DNA of 64,000 nt from Alphaproteobacteria bacterium (GTDB lineage: Bacteria > Pseudomonadota > Alphaproteobacteria > CAAHEQ01 > UBA3637), in the NCBI GenBank assembly GCA_017467335.1, contig JAFTSJ010000027.1, positions 109-64,108 of the forward strand, in the 5' to 3' direction. The notes below the pieces were generated by a model that searched no databases, was not told the DNA's origin, and saw nothing but the letters and a program-made list of their open reading frames with translations. Below are positions 63,901 through 64,000 of this stretch, one piece after another. Position 1 is the first letter of the stretch; the number at the start of each line of letters is the position of its first letter. The position numbers and the translations under genes are program-made.

Positions 63901-64000
63901 TTTTCTTCTAACGGAATACCGACCGTTTTAGCAATGACATCAGCACTGGCTCCCGGATATTTTGCTCGTACGGAAATTTCAGGAGGGGTAATTTGCGGAT
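60999..64000 (-). CDS. RND (HAE1/AcrB-type) efflux transporter, N-terminus beyond the window
   Basis: The reading frame stays open past the track's ATG 63881 to the window edge (...[45 protein letters not shown]...). This is the AcrB topology of 12 TM helices with large periplasmic loops. Confidence 0.92.
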   Translation of the reverse strand, partial: PQITPPEISVRAKYPGASADVIAKTVGIPLEEKINGVEDMMYMSSTSSDGSYSLTITFEPYVDPDIAQVKIQNRIQQANSSLPPEVQRRGLTVRRRSSSMLAFITFTSPKGTHDTYFMSDYIQNNIQKALTKVNGVGDLTVFGSKKSMRIWLDADKMSALNLTVDHIRTAIESQNDQPSLGQLGVRPAEGDNLMVYSLQTKGRINTVQDFGNIIVRTDKQGGLVRLQDVARIEIGSENYSHQSEYNTLPSVTMGINLSSGANALATMEGVEKELERLKQFFPPDFQYTVAMDTTDYINESISEVAWTLILTFILVVFVCFIFLQDWRATLVPTCTIPVSLLATFAVMLVLNYTINMFTLFGLVLAIGVVVDDAICVVERVMTLMNNENKSPREATIQTMSEISGALIATTLVLLAIFVPIAFMGSVTGKIYQQFAVTISCAVCFSTLNALTLSPAICSTMLRKNNLLHLRWLVLFDKGVHKSSSAYRWIVEKLARKLTVIGIIFILFVATAYGMLSSLQTSFIPNEDQGKILMNIQLPEGASFKRTEEIVKRVTPLLQEEQGVTDVMTIIGHSMTGGSGENMAMGMISLAHWKDRNDTNLHSGSILQRIKEKLAPFPEAEFQLMELPSIPGLGMSGGLSLKIQSLNDTNYERLDNTTRSFMGRLMMDESVSHAFSNFTAKTPNIYLEIDRLKAEAMQVPLANIFASLESYLGSRYINDINFGTQVNQVIVQSDWKYRKDIESLRHIYVPSQSGKMVPLTTFVDLKPILSPRQILRYNQYPAAGVTIMTNADASSGQVMNLVEQLALTQLPKDYAYEWSDMSFQEKKNEGQILYLILLAVLFGYLFLVAQYESWTVPISVLLSVVVAVVGGLVGLWLTELPLSIYAQLGLILLIGLAAKNAILIVEFAKEERKTGTDIIHSALKGLTVRFRAVLMTAFTFILGVFPMIVATGAGAASRRAIGVPVFYGMLVGTCIGLILIPLLYVLVQTIIERSQKHKNM

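Overview
Visibly AT-rich chromosomal segment. It looks alphaproteobacterial on three markers: LpxI between lpxA and lpxB, a Mic60-like/HemY-like gene pair, and EI-Ntr PtsP. The ankyrin protein, giant effector-like protein and eukaryote-like Cys repeats suggest an intracellular or protist-associated lifestyle, but that is inference.

Housekeeping backbone:
- 0.3-10.3 kb, minus strand: outer-membrane and lipid A cluster cdsA-rseP-bamA-skp-lpxD-fabZ-lpxA-lpxI-lpxB, plus a GST.
- 10.6-14.9 kb: ptsP, a GlmU-like uridyltransferase domain, and glk.
- Further on: tRNA-Asp, a PhoR-like kinase, mutS, Mic60-like/HemY-like, a GT2 glycosyltransferase, rluD, an OM beta-barrel, rsmB-like, proS, a U32 protein, ldcA, a MurC-type ligase, slt, two GNATs, and a window-truncated RND pump.

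Accessory blocks between these:
1. 15.5-24.7 kb, next to tRNA-Asp: a secreted Cys-rich/MORN protein, a protein of about 2,060 aa combining an M48-type HExxH domain with an ABC1/UbiB kinase-like domain, and a coiled-coil protein.
2. 37.0-43.8 kb, all on one strand: an orphan phage tail-fibre cassette followed by a natural FliF-FliG fusion with a shortened periplasmic part, then FlhF and FlhG. No other phage or flagellar genes are in the window.
3. 44.3-47.4 kb: a 910-aa protein with a prepilin-type leader and 17 CxxC motifs in furin/VSP-like repeats, behind a 409-bp leader holding an inverted pair of hairpin repeats. Paralogs lie at 15549..17321 and at the left window edge.
4. 49.3-50.6 kb: an orphan lipoprotein plus VirB8-like pair.

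I consider blocks 2 and 3 the best candidates for an undescribed system. No CRISPR array, rRNA, transposase or integrase was seen. All homology calls are motif recognition by eye and need database confirmation.
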